DNA of 64,000 nt, taken from contig JAVBLG010000032.1 of assembly GCA_031553655.1 (NCBI GenBank), forward strand, positions 115 to 64,114. Reading direction: 5' to 3'. Below, in pieces: positions 1-8,402 of this stretch; position 1 is the stretch's first letter; the number at the start of each line of letters is the position of its first letter. The stretch is from Desulfovibrionaceae bacterium (GTDB taxonomy: Bacteria; Desulfobacterota; Desulfovibrionia; Desulfovibrionales; Desulfovibrionaceae). The notes under the pieces were generated by a model. It searched no databases, was not told the origin of the DNA, and worked only from the letters and a program-made list of their open reading frames with translations. The position numbers were made by a program, and so were the translations under genes.

Positions 1-249
1 GAAAAGGTGCGCGCCGGCAAGGACGGCTTCGGTTTCAACGCCGCCATCGGCGAATACGAAGACCTGATTAAGGCCGGTGTTATCGATCCCAAGAAGGTGA
101 CCCGCATTGCTCTGCAGAACGCCGCTTCCGTGGCCTCTCTGTTGCTTACCACCGAATGCGCCATTGCCGAAAAGCCCGAACTCAAGAAGGACGCCCCCAT
201 GCCTGGCGGCGGAATGGGCGGCATGGGCGGAATGGGCGGCATGTACTAA
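1..249 (+). CDS. groEL: Chaperonin GroEL (Cpn60), C-terminal fragment; 5' end outside window
   Basis: Frame 1 is open from base 1. [28 protein letters not shown] and the terminal [12 protein letters not shown] tail are hallmark GroEL C-terminus. TAA stop at 247-249. Confidence 0.9.
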   Translation, partial: EKVRAGKDGFGFNAAIGEYEDLIKAGVIDPKKVTRIALQNAASVASLLLTTECAIAEKPELKKDAPMPGGGMGGMGGMGGMY

Positions 250-280
250 GCCTTGCTCATAATACCATAGCCTTACCATA

Positions 281-323
281 GAACGTAAAAAGGCCGCGTA
301 TTACACGCGGCCTTTTTACGTTC
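281..323 (+). terminator. Rho-independent terminator after groEL (symmetrical, could act in both directions)
   Basis: gaacgtaaaaaGGCCGCGtattacaCGCGGCCtttttacgttc: GC stem 292-298/306-312 flanked by an A-run and a T-run. Confidence 0.8.
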
Positions 324-408
324 TATTCAATTTACTGACAGGGCAAAACCTTCCTGCTGCTAAAGGCTATTTCACTATAACCTCTGATATTAAACATAAA
401 AATATATT

Positions 409-424
409 TGGCACTAAATTTGCT
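409..424 (+). promoter_or_regulatory. Candidate sigma54 (-24/-12) promoter for the 456..815 ORF
   Basis: TGGCACtaaatTTGCT fits TGGCAC-N5-TTGCW with correct GG-N10-GC spacing. It lies about 30 nt upstream of ATG 456, and a GAGG Shine-Dalgarno follows at 446-449. Confidence 0.6.
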
Positions 425-455
425 TAAAAATGGGAAAAACATTTGAGGTAGCTTC

Positions 456-815
456 ATGAAGCCCATTATTTCCCACCTTGCCACCGAATTGCTCACCCCG
501 GAAGAAAACGCCATGCTGATGAAGCATCGTTTGATGGATCAGGAACCTTCAAAGCCTCTGGGTATTGAAGTACGCGCGGGAATGTGCGAAGCACTGGCCG
601 AACTGAGCGAATCCGTGCGCGCCATGCTGGCGCTTATGGGCCGTTATGATCTGCCTGCCGTTATGAGCAAGGACGCTTTTACCACTTATACCGACATAAT
701 GGATCGCATCGGTGTTGCCGCTTCAAAAGCTTCGAACATGGTTGAGCAGAGCCGCAATCTGGATCAGCAGGCCATGCTGGCGGTAATGCGCGGGGAAACG
801 GATATTATTCAGTAA
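456..815 (+). CDS. Hypothetical protein, 119 aa, no family recognised
   Basis: ATG preceded by a GAGG SD. Unbroken ORF with normal codon look. No motif I can name. Confidence 0.6.
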   Translation: MKPIISHLATELLTPEENAMLMKHRLMDQEPSKPLGIEVRAGMCEALAELSESVRAMLALMGRYDLPAVMSKDAFTTYTDIMDRIGVAASKASNMVEQSRNLDQQAMLAVMRGETDIIQ

Positions 816-845
816 CGCCATGCGATCCCAAGCCGCCTTTCACCG

Positions 846-902
846 GACGGCCCTAACAACGCACGGGCCGTCAGAGCATTTCGCTCATTTCATTCGCAAA
901 AC
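846..902. repeat. 57-nt hairpin-plus-tail repeat, copy 1 (family also at 19086..19142)
   Basis: GACGGCCC-loop-GGGCCGTCAgAGCATTTcGCTcATTTCaTTCGCAAAA aligns base for base with 19086..19142 except for the loop and 4 substitutions. It sits directly 3' of the minus-strand sugar transferase gene. Confidence 0.75.
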
Positions 903-905
903 GAC

Positions 906-2378
906 CTAATATGCTCCGTCGCCTGACACTATCACCGGAATGGTGCGGCAAAGAATTAAAATATCCAGCCATACCGACCAATTATTCACATAATACGCAT
1001 CAAGCTGCACCCGTTCCTCATAGGTAGTATGGTTACGTCCGGCAACCTGCCACAGGCCGGTAATACCGGGACGCACCTTACAGTAGCAGGCGAAGTCCCT
1101 GCCGTAACGTTCAATTTCCTCGCGTACTATGGGCCTTGGCCCGACCATGCTGATCTCGCCGCACAGCACATTCCAGAGCTGCGGCAACTCATCAAGGCTT
1201 GAACGCCGTAAAAAGCTGCCTACCTTGGTAATACGCGGGTCATGGCGCAGTTTGTGATCGCGCATCCATTCCGCGCGCAGTTCGGGGTCGTTTTCCAGGC
1301 AATTTTTCAGCACGGCGTCGGCATCGGAGCACATGGTTCTGAACTTCCATATCCCTATGGTGCGGCGCTCAAAACCGATTCTGTTCTGCCGGTAAAAAAT
1401 CGGTCCCCGGCTGTCCACGGAAATGGCTATAGCTACAAGAGCCATAATAGGCAGAGTAACAACAAGCCCCACACCCGCCAGCAACACGTCGATGCCCCTT
1501 TTGAACACGCGCCTCCGCGTATCCAGCAAATTGTGGGAAAGCTCAAGCCCAATCACCCCACCTAAGTCTCTGGTTTCGGCCCAGCGCCGCGAATACTCTC
1601 CAAGGCTCGGGAGAATGAGTACTTTATAAAAATACTCATGAAGATTCGGCAGGTAGGTGGTGCTGTTTTCGCTGGGCCGCCTGTCTGTCACCATGGCGCA
1701 ACAGCCAGGGTTACGCATGGCGAATGAGGCAGCCTCGCTGGGGTGACCCAACACGGGAATATCTCGGTAAACAGAACCTTTTGGTAGTGTTGTGGACAAA
1801 AGGCCTACAACTTTAAGCCCTCCGCTGGGCCTGAGCCGGGATATACGCTCGAGAAAAATATCTGCGCAGCGCCGCCCAATCAGAATTCCGGGGGTGGCAA
1901 AGTCAAATCGTTTGGCCATGGCTTTACGCATCATGCCCCTGGCCATGAAAGCCACTGGTGTTCCTGTGACCCAGGCAAAGAAAAAGATGGCTCGCGAATA
2001 TTCCTGCGACTTCATGAAAAAAGAAAAAACAATTAAAATACAGGCCAAGGCGCAGCTTATGCCTTCAAATGTTTTCTGCAACTCCTGATGCTGCGGTATG
2101 GACGGCCAGGGGTAAAGGCCCGACGCGGCATTATAAATTACGGCAATAGATAAAAACGGCGCAAGCTCAAGATAGTAGGACAAATCAACATGACCGGGAA
2201 AAACCATTCGCAAAAAAACTATAAGAAAAAAAACGCCGCTCAAGACAAAAAAATCAAACAGGGCCAGTAAAATGCCTGCATAAACTTGAACGGGATTCTT
2301 AAAAACGGCAAGCGCCCGCCACAAGGCTCCGGAACCGCCAGCACGAGAATTGTTGAACATATTAAGTATATTAGACAT
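906..2378 (-). CDS. Polyprenyl-phosphate glycosyl-1-phosphate transferase (WbaP/bacterial sugar transferase family), EPS/O-antigen priming enzyme
   Basis: N-terminal TM segments. C-terminal domain has [10 protein letters not shown]...WKFRTM...[23 protein letters not shown]...PGITGLWQV, the typical bacterial sugar transferase signature. Confidence 0.9.
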   Translation of the reverse strand: MSNILNMFNNSRAGGSGALWRALAVFKNPVQVYAGILLALFDFFVLSGVFFLIVFLRMVFPGHVDLSYYLELAPFLSIAVIYNAASGLYPWPSIPQHQELQKTFEGISCALACILIVFSFFMKSQEYSRAIFFFAWVTGTPVAFMARGMMRKAMAKRFDFATPGILIGRRCADIFLERISRLRPSGGLKVVGLLSTTLPKGSVYRDIPVLGHPSEAASFAMRNPGCCAMVTDRRPSENSTTYLPNLHEYFYKVLILPSLGEYSRRWAETRDLGGVIGLELSHNLLDTRRRVFKRGIDVLLAGVGLVVTLPIMALVAIAISVDSRGPIFYRQNRIGFERRTIGIWKFRTMCSDADAVLKNCLENDPELRAEWMRDHKLRHDPRITKVGSFLRRSSLDELPQLWNVLCGEISMVGPRPIVREEIERYGRDFACYCKVRPGITGLWQVAGRNHTTYEERVQLDAYYVNNWSVWLDILILCRTIPVIVSGDGAY

Positions 2379-2379
2379 G

Positions 2380-3456
2380 TCAGCTAGATATCCTGGTCTT
2401 TCTTATTTCATCTCGCGTCTCTTCCCATACAAATTCCCGCCAGCCCAAGTCCGACTTGCGTTCCGGCAAAATCCGCGTCTGCCTGCATAAGCTACCATTC
2501 AGGGATTTCATTGTCACCACCACGTCTGAGCCTCCGCGCACGGCCCTGGGCGAAAATGAAGCCATGAACGAGGCCGCTGAATCCATCACTTCGTCAGGCC
2601 AAATTGCCACATTGCGCCCCACTGCCAGTGGACCGGGGTGCCCTTCAACCTTGAAAAGCAAATCATCAGGGCGCGCCCTGGACAACAGGTTTTCGTTGTC
2701 GGCCATATTGCGCCCAATGCTCAGCCAAAAGGGCTTGTCGCCGGAAAAAGCCCAATACTGGCGGCCAGTGTTGGCTAGATAAAAATCAGCCTCGCTATAA
2801 TCGGGCACATATTTCATCACCGGCCAATAACGCCGGGCGTTCTCTCTTTCGGTGAGCATGCAGCCCCCGGCCGGGGTGGGAATTTCTGCGATTCCGAGGC
2901 GTTCGGCCAGCTCAAGCTGGTTCTTGCGGCCTCGTCCGGAAAATCCGAAAAGCAGATCACGGTTCACCAGGCCGGAAAGTTCCATGGGCGTGGGCTCAAG
3001 CAAACGGGCCGAAAGCGGGCGCAAAAGAAATTCTTTTGCCCCGGCTTCGCGCCTGATGGCATTCATGGCATCGGCGCGCTGCGACATCGGGCGCTGCCCC
3101 ACCACTTCGCCCGTAATGATGAAAGAAGCCCCGTAATGCGCCAGCATTTTACCGGCGGCTCGCAGTAGCAATATTTTGCAGTCAATGCAGGGGTTCAGAA
3201 CCGAACCGAAGCCGTGGGCCGGGCCTGTCGCCATCATAGTGCAAAAATCCGCGCCTATATCCACTTTGTCTATATCAAGCCCGTAAGTTTTTCTCCAATG
3301 CCCCACGCGATCGGGGTGGCCGAAAAACGGCGAAAAAAAATGCAGGCATTTTACTCTCAGTCCTTGCCCGGCAATAACTTTGGCTGCCAGGATGCTGTCC
3401 AGCCCCCCAGAAAATAGCGCAAGCGCATCACAAGTATCTTCAGTCATCTTGAACAT
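2380..3456 (-). CDS. PP-loop ATP pyrophosphatase family protein (ThiI/MnmA-like tRNA thiolation-type domain)
   Basis: SGGLDS PP-loop motif near the N-terminus, then CIDCK...ITGEVVGQRPMSQ. Start ambiguous (TTG 3465, ATG 3456 with GGA upstream, ATG 3447). The stop lies 2 nt from the sugar transferase start. Confidence 0.7.
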   Translation of the reverse strand: MFKMTEDTCDALALFSGGLDSILAAKVIAGQGLRVKCLHFFSPFFGHPDRVGHWRKTYGLDIDKVDIGADFCTMMATGPAHGFGSVLNPCIDCKILLLRAAGKMLAHYGASFIITGEVVGQRPMSQRADAMNAIRREAGAKEFLLRPLSARLLEPTPMELSGLVNRDLLFGFSGRGRKNQLELAERLGIAEIPTPAGGCMLTERENARRYWPVMKYVPDYSEADFYLANTGRQYWAFSGDKPFWLSIGRNMADNENLLSRARPDDLLFKVEGHPGPLAVGRNVAIWPDEVMDSAASFMASFSPRAVRGGSDVVVTMKSLNGSLCRQTRILPERKSDLGWREFVWEETRDEIRKTRISS

Positions 3457-3524
3457 TCTTTCCAAGTAATTTAGTTTTGGTATAAAAGCTATGATACATA
3501 ACGCATGGTCGTGTAATTAAAAAA

Positions 3525-3553
3525 ATTATATTGTCCCTTGCAGACTCAGGCAA
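3525..3553 (-). promoter_or_regulatory. Candidate sigma70 promoter for the PP-loop/sugar transferase operon
   Basis: Minus strand reads TTGCCT-N17-TATAAT (plus-strand aggcaa 3548-3553, attata 3525-3530). Confidence 0.5.
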
Positions 3554-3743
3554 GCATAAAATTGCCAGGAACGCGCGGTAGGTTAGAGTTTAAGGACAAT
3601 GGCCGAGAAAAACTAAATTCCCTATGAATTGATTGACACACTGTTTGCCAACTACGCAAAGCCGTTGATGGATTGAAAAATAGAATGGAGAAATGTTGGG
3701 AAAGCCCCTTCTTTGGGGAAGAACCGTAAACCCCTAAAGGGCA

Positions 3744-3779
3744 CAAAAAAAGGGCACTTTTCAGTGCCCTGGTTTTTTT
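3744..3779 (-). terminator. Rho-independent terminator downstream of tRNA-Asp (bidirectional shape)
   Basis: aaaaaaaAGGGCACTtttcAGTGCCCTggttttttt: 8-bp stem with A-run and T-run on either side. Confidence 0.75.
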
Positions 3780-3783
3780 CGAG

Positions 3784-3860
<77 letters not shown>

Positions 3861-3933
3861 GCGGTGTGGCGAACTTGTTCAGTCCGTCCGACCAGAGAAT
3901 AAATATGCCAGGTAAAAAAAAAAGGCAAGCATT

Positions 3934-4761
3934 TTATTTCAAATTTAGTAAAAAACTTTTCACTCCATCGACATAAACTCGGCCGGACTGCAAAAAGGCT
4001 CCGCTGTGGCTCCCTGTAAGCTCCACAAATTGCTTGGGACCGTCATAGGATTCGTACAATTCTCGCCCAAGGGAGTAGGGCACAACATTATCTTCGGGGC
4101 TGTGGGTGAAAAGCGCGGGCAGATTTTTGCCGTGCAGCGTTTCCTTGGTGTCGTAAATTCCCCCCACGAACATCTTTACCGGTAAGAAGGGATAGGCCGA
4201 TTTACCCGCGTCAGCCAAACTTGTAAAAGTGCATTCCAAGATAATAGCGGCAGGTTTTACCTGCCCGGCAAGCCATCCGGCAACGCCACCGCCCAGAGAA
4301 TGGCCGTGCAGAACTATTTTATCCGGCGGCACACCTTTGTCCACCACAAGCCAGTTCCAGGCCGCTATGGCGTCCATCTCCGTGCCTTCCACCGAGGGCT
4401 TGCCTTCGCTCTGCCCATAGCCATGGTAATCCACTATCAGCGAATTGAGCCCAAGGTCATTGAAAATTCTTATATAATCCAGCCTGCCTGATATATTTCC
4501 TGCATTGCCGTGGAAAAGCAGCATCGTAATGCCTCTGGAAAACAGCGGCCCGCCGGATGCCGGAACATACCAGCCGTGAATGACCACTCCGTCGGCGGTT
4601 TTGATACGTACATCCTCATAGGCCAGATGCAACGCCTTCGGAGTAGCAGCCAGCAGGTGAGAGGGGTGGAAGATAATGTTGTTGCGAAAATACCAGGCCG
4701 CCATGGTAATTATGGCGTATCCGCACAGGGCCAGCAGGGCCAGTTTGACAAAAGTATTCAT
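3934..4761 (-). CDS. Alpha/beta-fold hydrolase (BEM46/ABHD13-like) with N-terminal membrane anchor
   Basis: HGNAGN oxyanion-type motif and GHSLGG nucleophile elbow. Hydrophobic N-terminus. Confidence 0.85.
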   Translation of the reverse strand: MNTFVKLALLALCGYAIITMAAWYFRNNIIFHPSHLLAATPKALHLAYEDVRIKTADGVVIHGWYVPASGGPLFSRGITMLLFHGNAGNISGRLDYIRIFNDLGLNSLIVDYHGYGQSEGKPSVEGTEMDAIAAWNWLVVDKGVPPDKIVLHGHSLGGGVAGWLAGQVKPAAIILECTFTSLADAGKSAYPFLPVKMFVGGIYDTKETLHGKNLPALFTHSPEDNVVPYSLGRELYESYDGPKQFVELTGSHSGAFLQSGRVYVDGVKSFLLNLK

Positions 4762-4780
4762 GGTGTAGAAATTTTTCCTA

Positions 4781-4810
4781 TTGACACGAATGTAATTCTT
4801 GTGAATTAAT
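4781..4810 (+). promoter_or_regulatory. Candidate sigma70 promoter for the trp leader/operon
   Basis: TTGACA (4781-4786), an 18-nt spacer, then ATTAAT (4805-4810). By-eye match only. Confidence 0.35.
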
Positions 4811-4867
4811 GCTTATGACGATTTTGAAAAATCGTATCACCCTTTTTACTAACCTCCTGTAACGGAA

Positions 4868-4975
4868 ATGTCCATGAGCTTCAATACCGCCATATCTTCT
4901 TTTGCTGCCGCCACCTGTTGGTGGGGTTTCTGGTTTAGCGGTCGGGCCCGGGAGCTGACAGGGGGTATGCGGTAA
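4868..4975 (+). CDS. trpL: trp operon leader peptide (35 aa) with three Trp codons
   Basis: Reads MSMSFNTAISSFAAATCWWGFWFSGRARELTGGMR*. TGG TGG lies at 4919-4924 and TGG at 4931-4933. It is followed by a strong terminator and then trpE. Confidence 0.65.
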   Translation: MSMSFNTAISSFAAATCWWGFWFSGRARELTGGMR

Positions 4976-5005
4976 TCCGCATGTAATTGTAATACAGACC
5001 TGATC

Positions 5006-5040
5006 AGAGCCGCGGGCCAAGTGCCCGCGGCTCTTTTTTA
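5006..5040 (+). terminator. Attenuator terminator upstream of trpE
   Basis: AGAGCCGCGGGC-caagt-GCCCGCGGCTCT is a perfect 12-bp stem followed by TTTTTTATTCTTTTTTTT. It sits 58 nt before the trpE ATG. Confidence 0.8.
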
Positions 5041-5097
5041 TTCTTTTTTTTAACAGAATAAAGCTCAAATCAACCACACCAGGACAGCGAGTCGAGC

Positions 5098-6525
5098 ATG
5101 GAAATCATACTTGAACAAAAAAGCCGGATAATGGAAAGCGACGTGGAAACCCCAATCAGCCTTTTTTTGCGCCACGTGGGCGGCAATGAGGGTATTTTGC
5201 TTGAAAGCGCCGAGGTTGACGGCCGATGGGGACGCCACAGCGTGATCGCCGGCGACTTTTTGCTGGTCATATCTTGCGTAAACGGCCTGATGCGCCTTGA
5301 TATACGCGCTCCCGGCCTTGCTTCCCTGCGAACTCTGGACGGTATGCCTTTCATGGAAGGGCTGCGCGCGGTAACGCGGGCTTTAAATATAAAGCCCGCA
5401 AAAAGGGAAAATGAAGATTTTCCGCCCATTACCCGCGCCATTTACGGTTATTTAGGCTACGGCCTGTCCGGGCTTATGGAACCCAGGCTGGCTGCGGTTC
5501 TGCCGCCCGAAGAATCTGAATCATGTCTGGCCCTGCCCGGAACATTGATATTTTATGATCACGCCTACAACCGGGTTTACCACCTGTCACTATGCCCACC
5601 GCAACCACATTTTCAAGATAGGGAAATGAACAGTGCGGGCACATCCTCGACCTCAACTTCGGATCACCGGGATCTGTCCATGCTTCCGGCCGGCATCAGC
5701 GAGCCTGCCTCCACCATGAGTAAAGACGAATATATGGAAACGGTGCGCGGTATAAAAGAACTTATCCGTCAGGGAGAAGCTATTCAAATTGTGCCTTCCC
5801 TGGGCTTCCAGGCGCGGTTTCATGGTGAGCCTTTCACCGTATACCGGCGTCTCCGGCGTGTAAATCCTTCCCCATACATGTTTTTCATGCGTCTGCCCGG
5901 CCTCACTTTGCTTGGATCCTCGCCTGAAACGCTGGTGGGGTGCGAGGGCGGAACTTTGCGGCTTTGCCCGATAGCGGGAACCCGCCCCAGAGGCGAAGGC
6001 GAGGCCGAAGACAATTTGTTTGAGGCCGAACTGGTCAGCGATCCCAAGGAGCAGGCCGAGCATGTCATGCTGGTGGATCTTGGCCGCAACGACCTGGGGC
6101 GGGTGGCAAAAACCGGCTCAGTATCCCTTGAACGCTACATGGAAGTGGAACGGTTCTCCCATGTGATGCACCTAACCTCATACATCAGGGCCGAACTTGC
6201 CCCGCAATTCGATGTCATTGATGCGCTGAGCGCCGTATTTCCGGCCGGAACGGTCAGCGGCGCACCCAAAATACGGGCCATGGAAATAATAGCCGGGGTG
6301 GAAAAACGTGCGCGGGGCCCCTATGCCGGGGCCATAGGCTGGTTGGGGCTGGACCGGAACGAGGCACATATGGACACAGGCATCACTATACGCAGCATAT
6401 GGTTCAAAGATGGGCAAGCTTTTTGGCAGGCCGGAGGAGGCGTGGTGCTGGACTCTTCGCCCGAGGCTGAATGGAATGAATGCAACAACAAGGCCGCTGT
6501 GGCTGTGGCCGTCCTGAAAGGTTGA
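5098..6525 (+). CDS. trpE: Anthranilate synthase component I
   Basis: Chorismate-binding enzyme motifs (LESAE..., GTRPRG, FPAGTVSGAPK, GPYAGAIGW). First gene of the trp cluster. Confidence 0.95.
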   Translation: MEIILEQKSRIMESDVETPISLFLRHVGGNEGILLESAEVDGRWGRHSVIAGDFLLVISCVNGLMRLDIRAPGLASLRTLDGMPFMEGLRAVTRALNIKPAKRENEDFPPITRAIYGYLGYGLSGLMEPRLAAVLPPEESESCLALPGTLIFYDHAYNRVYHLSLCPPQPHFQDREMNSAGTSSTSTSDHRDLSMLPAGISEPASTMSKDEYMETVRGIKELIRQGEAIQIVPSLGFQARFHGEPFTVYRRLRRVNPSPYMFFMRLPGLTLLGSSPETLVGCEGGTLRLCPIAGTRPRGEGEAEDNLFEAELVSDPKEQAEHVMLVDLGRNDLGRVAKTGSVSLERYMEVERFSHVMHLTSYIRAELAPQFDVIDALSAVFPAGTVSGAPKIRAMEIIAGVEKRARGPYAGAIGWLGLDRNEAHMDTGITIRSIWFKDGQAFWQAGGGVVLDSSPEAEWNECNNKAAVAVAVLKG

Positions 6526-6557
6526 TACCGTCCACATTCCGCAATTAGGAGATTTTC

Positions 6558-8294
6558 ATGTTCCTGCTTATAGACAACTATGATTCTTTCACCTTCAATC
6601 TGGCGCAGTCTTTTGCCGTTCTGGGCGTAACCCCGGAATTGCGGCGCAATGACGATGCCGACCTGCTCAATCTGGCCGCAAACCCGGATTTGCGGGCGGT
6701 GTGCATAGGCCCAGGCCCCGGCGGGCCGGAACAGGCCGGAAAGTGCCTGGAATTCCTTGCGCGGCTTTCCGCTTCCGTGCCGGTGCTCGGGGTATGCCTG
6801 GGCCACCAGATTCTGGGGCGCTTTGCTGGGGCTCCGGTGGAAGTGGGAGCTCATATCATGCACGGCAAGGCTTCCAATATAAGCCACGACGGCTCATGGC
6901 TGTTTCGAGATCTGCCTTCGCCCATGCGCGCGGGCCGCTATCATTCTCTGGTTGTGCACGCGGAACAGGCTCAAAGGCCGGTTAAAATAACCGCCCGCGC
7001 CGAAAACGGCGAAGTAATGGGCCTTCTATATGAAGACAGACCTTGGGCCGGAGTACAATTTCACCCCGAATCGGTGCTCACCCCGGATGGAATGCGCCTG
7101 CTGGGAAATTTCGTGAAATCAGGCCGGGCAGCGGAAGAAATCGGAGCGGACGGCAAGGCCCGCAAGGAAGCGATCGTGGAAACCGGCGCGAGCGCTGGCG
7201 GAAATTCCACTGAAAGCGCCACACGGCAAGAACAATCTCCCGGGCGCGAAGCATCTGGAATATCCGCGCCGCCCAGGCTTTCCGACATCATCGACACTTT
7301 GGCCAGGGGAGAAGACCTGCCGCCGGAAATGGCCAGAACCGGGTTCGCCCGCCTCATGGACGGAGAAATGACCCCTGCCCAGGCCGGAGCCTTTCTGCTG
7401 GGGTTGCGCGGCAAAGGTGAAACCCCTGATGAAATGGCTGAAGCCGCCCGGGCCGTGCTGGAACGAGCCGTGCCCGCGTCCGTACCCGAAGGCGTGCCCG
7501 TGCTGGACGTGGTGGGCACCGGCGGCGACGGCAAATCTTCCTTTAACTGCTCCACGGGCACCGCCTTAATTCTGGCCGCGCTGGGACACAAGGTAGTAAA
7601 GCACGGCAATCGCTCCGTATCCTCCAGATGCGGCAGCGCCGACGTGCTCGAAGGGTTGGGTCTGCCTTTGGACATCGCCCCGCAAAGCATTGCCGCGCGT
7701 CTGGATAAAGACGGCTTCGTATTTTTGTTCGCCCCGCTGTTTCATCCTTCTTTCAGGCATATCATGCCCATCAGGCGTGAACTCGGGGTACGCACCCTGT
7801 TCAACCTCCTTGGGCCGCTGGTTAACCCGGCTCGGCCCGAACTATGCTTTCTTGGCGCGCCCCGCGCCGACCTGGTGCCGCTCATGGCCAACACCCTGGC
7901 CCGACTCGGTGGGCGTTCCGGAGCCGTAATCCACGGGGCCGGAGGCTATGATGAGCTGACCACGCTCGGCGAAGCCCAAGTGGCTTTTGTGCGCGGCGGT
8001 AAGGTAACAATGGCGCGTCTGAACCCGGAGGAATACGGATTTAAGCCATGTCTCCCGGAAGAATTGGCCATAAGCGGGCCGGAACACGGCGTGGCTGTCC
8101 TGCGCGAATTGCTCGACGGGCGCGGACCTGACCCCATGAGCGCAATGCTGGCTCTTAATGTCGGCTTCGGGCTGCACCTGTTGTCCCCGGAAAAACCTAT
8201 GGCTGCCTGCATGGCCGAAGGTAGGAACGCCGTAGCCTCGGGAATTGGAGGGCGATTTGTGCGTGACCTTCGTCCGCCGCACAGCGCCACATAA
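6558..8294 (+). CDS. trpGD: Fused anthranilate synthase component II (glutamine amidotransferase) / anthranilate phosphoribosyltransferase
   Basis: N-terminal MFLLIDNYDSFTFNL...GVCLGHQ...FHPES GATase. C-terminal GTGGDGKSSFNCST...KHGNRSVSS TrpD. The two are joined by a low-complexity linker. Confidence 0.93.
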   Translation: MFLLIDNYDSFTFNLAQSFAVLGVTPELRRNDDADLLNLAANPDLRAVCIGPGPGGPEQAGKCLEFLARLSASVPVLGVCLGHQILGRFAGAPVEVGAHIMHGKASNISHDGSWLFRDLPSPMRAGRYHSLVVHAEQAQRPVKITARAENGEVMGLLYEDRPWAGVQFHPESVLTPDGMRLLGNFVKSGRAAEEIGADGKARKEAIVETGASAGGNSTESATRQEQSPGREASGISAPPRLSDIIDTLARGEDLPPEMARTGFARLMDGEMTPAQAGAFLLGLRGKGETPDEMAEAARAVLERAVPASVPEGVPVLDVVGTGGDGKSSFNCSTGTALILAALGHKVVKHGNRSVSSRCGSADVLEGLGLPLDIAPQSIAARLDKDGFVFLFAPLFHPSFRHIMPIRRELGVRTLFNLLGPLVNPARPELCFLGAPRADLVPLMANTLARLGGRSGAVIHGAGGYDELTTLGEAQVAFVRGGKVTMARLNPEEYGFKPCLPEELAISGPEHGVAVLRELLDGRGPDPMSAMLALNVGFGLHLLSPEKPMAACMAEGRNAVASGIGGRFVRDLRPPHSAT

Positions 8295-8402
8295 GATGTC
8301 TCGCGCACTTCAATTCCGCAGGGTGGCAGAATTGGGCCTTACCTAAAAATAAATAATCATTTTACTGTGATTTGATAAAATTGCTATCAATTGGAAGTAA
8401 CC

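Noticed and set aside
205-246. A GGC/ATG-rich tandem repeat at the end of the first ORF.
   Set aside because: It encodes the normal GGM repeat tail of GroEL and is not an independent repeat feature.
3552-3567. A sigma54-like TGGCAAttttaTGCTT on the minus strand upstream of the PP-loop gene.
   Set aside because: It has the same one-base spacing defect. A TTGCCT-N17-TATAAT sigma70 promoter overlaps it and explains the region better.
3667-3681. GATGGATTGAAAAAT, partly similar to the GTGGATTGAAACAT end of the 44-nt repeat.
   Set aside because: Only about 12 of 15 positions match and there is no adjacent hairpin. I treat it as chance similarity.
3684-3728. A 14-codon mini-ORF (MEKCWESPFFGEEP) between the PP-loop gene promoter and the tRNA-Asp terminator.
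   Set aside because: It has no SD, no conservation evidence and no associated structure suggesting a leader. There is too little support to call it.
4778-5077. A 99-aa minus-strand ORF covering the trpE upstream region.
   Set aside because: The region is better explained by the plus-strand Trp-codon leader peptide and its terminator. The ORF reads through the terminator hairpin and has no SD.
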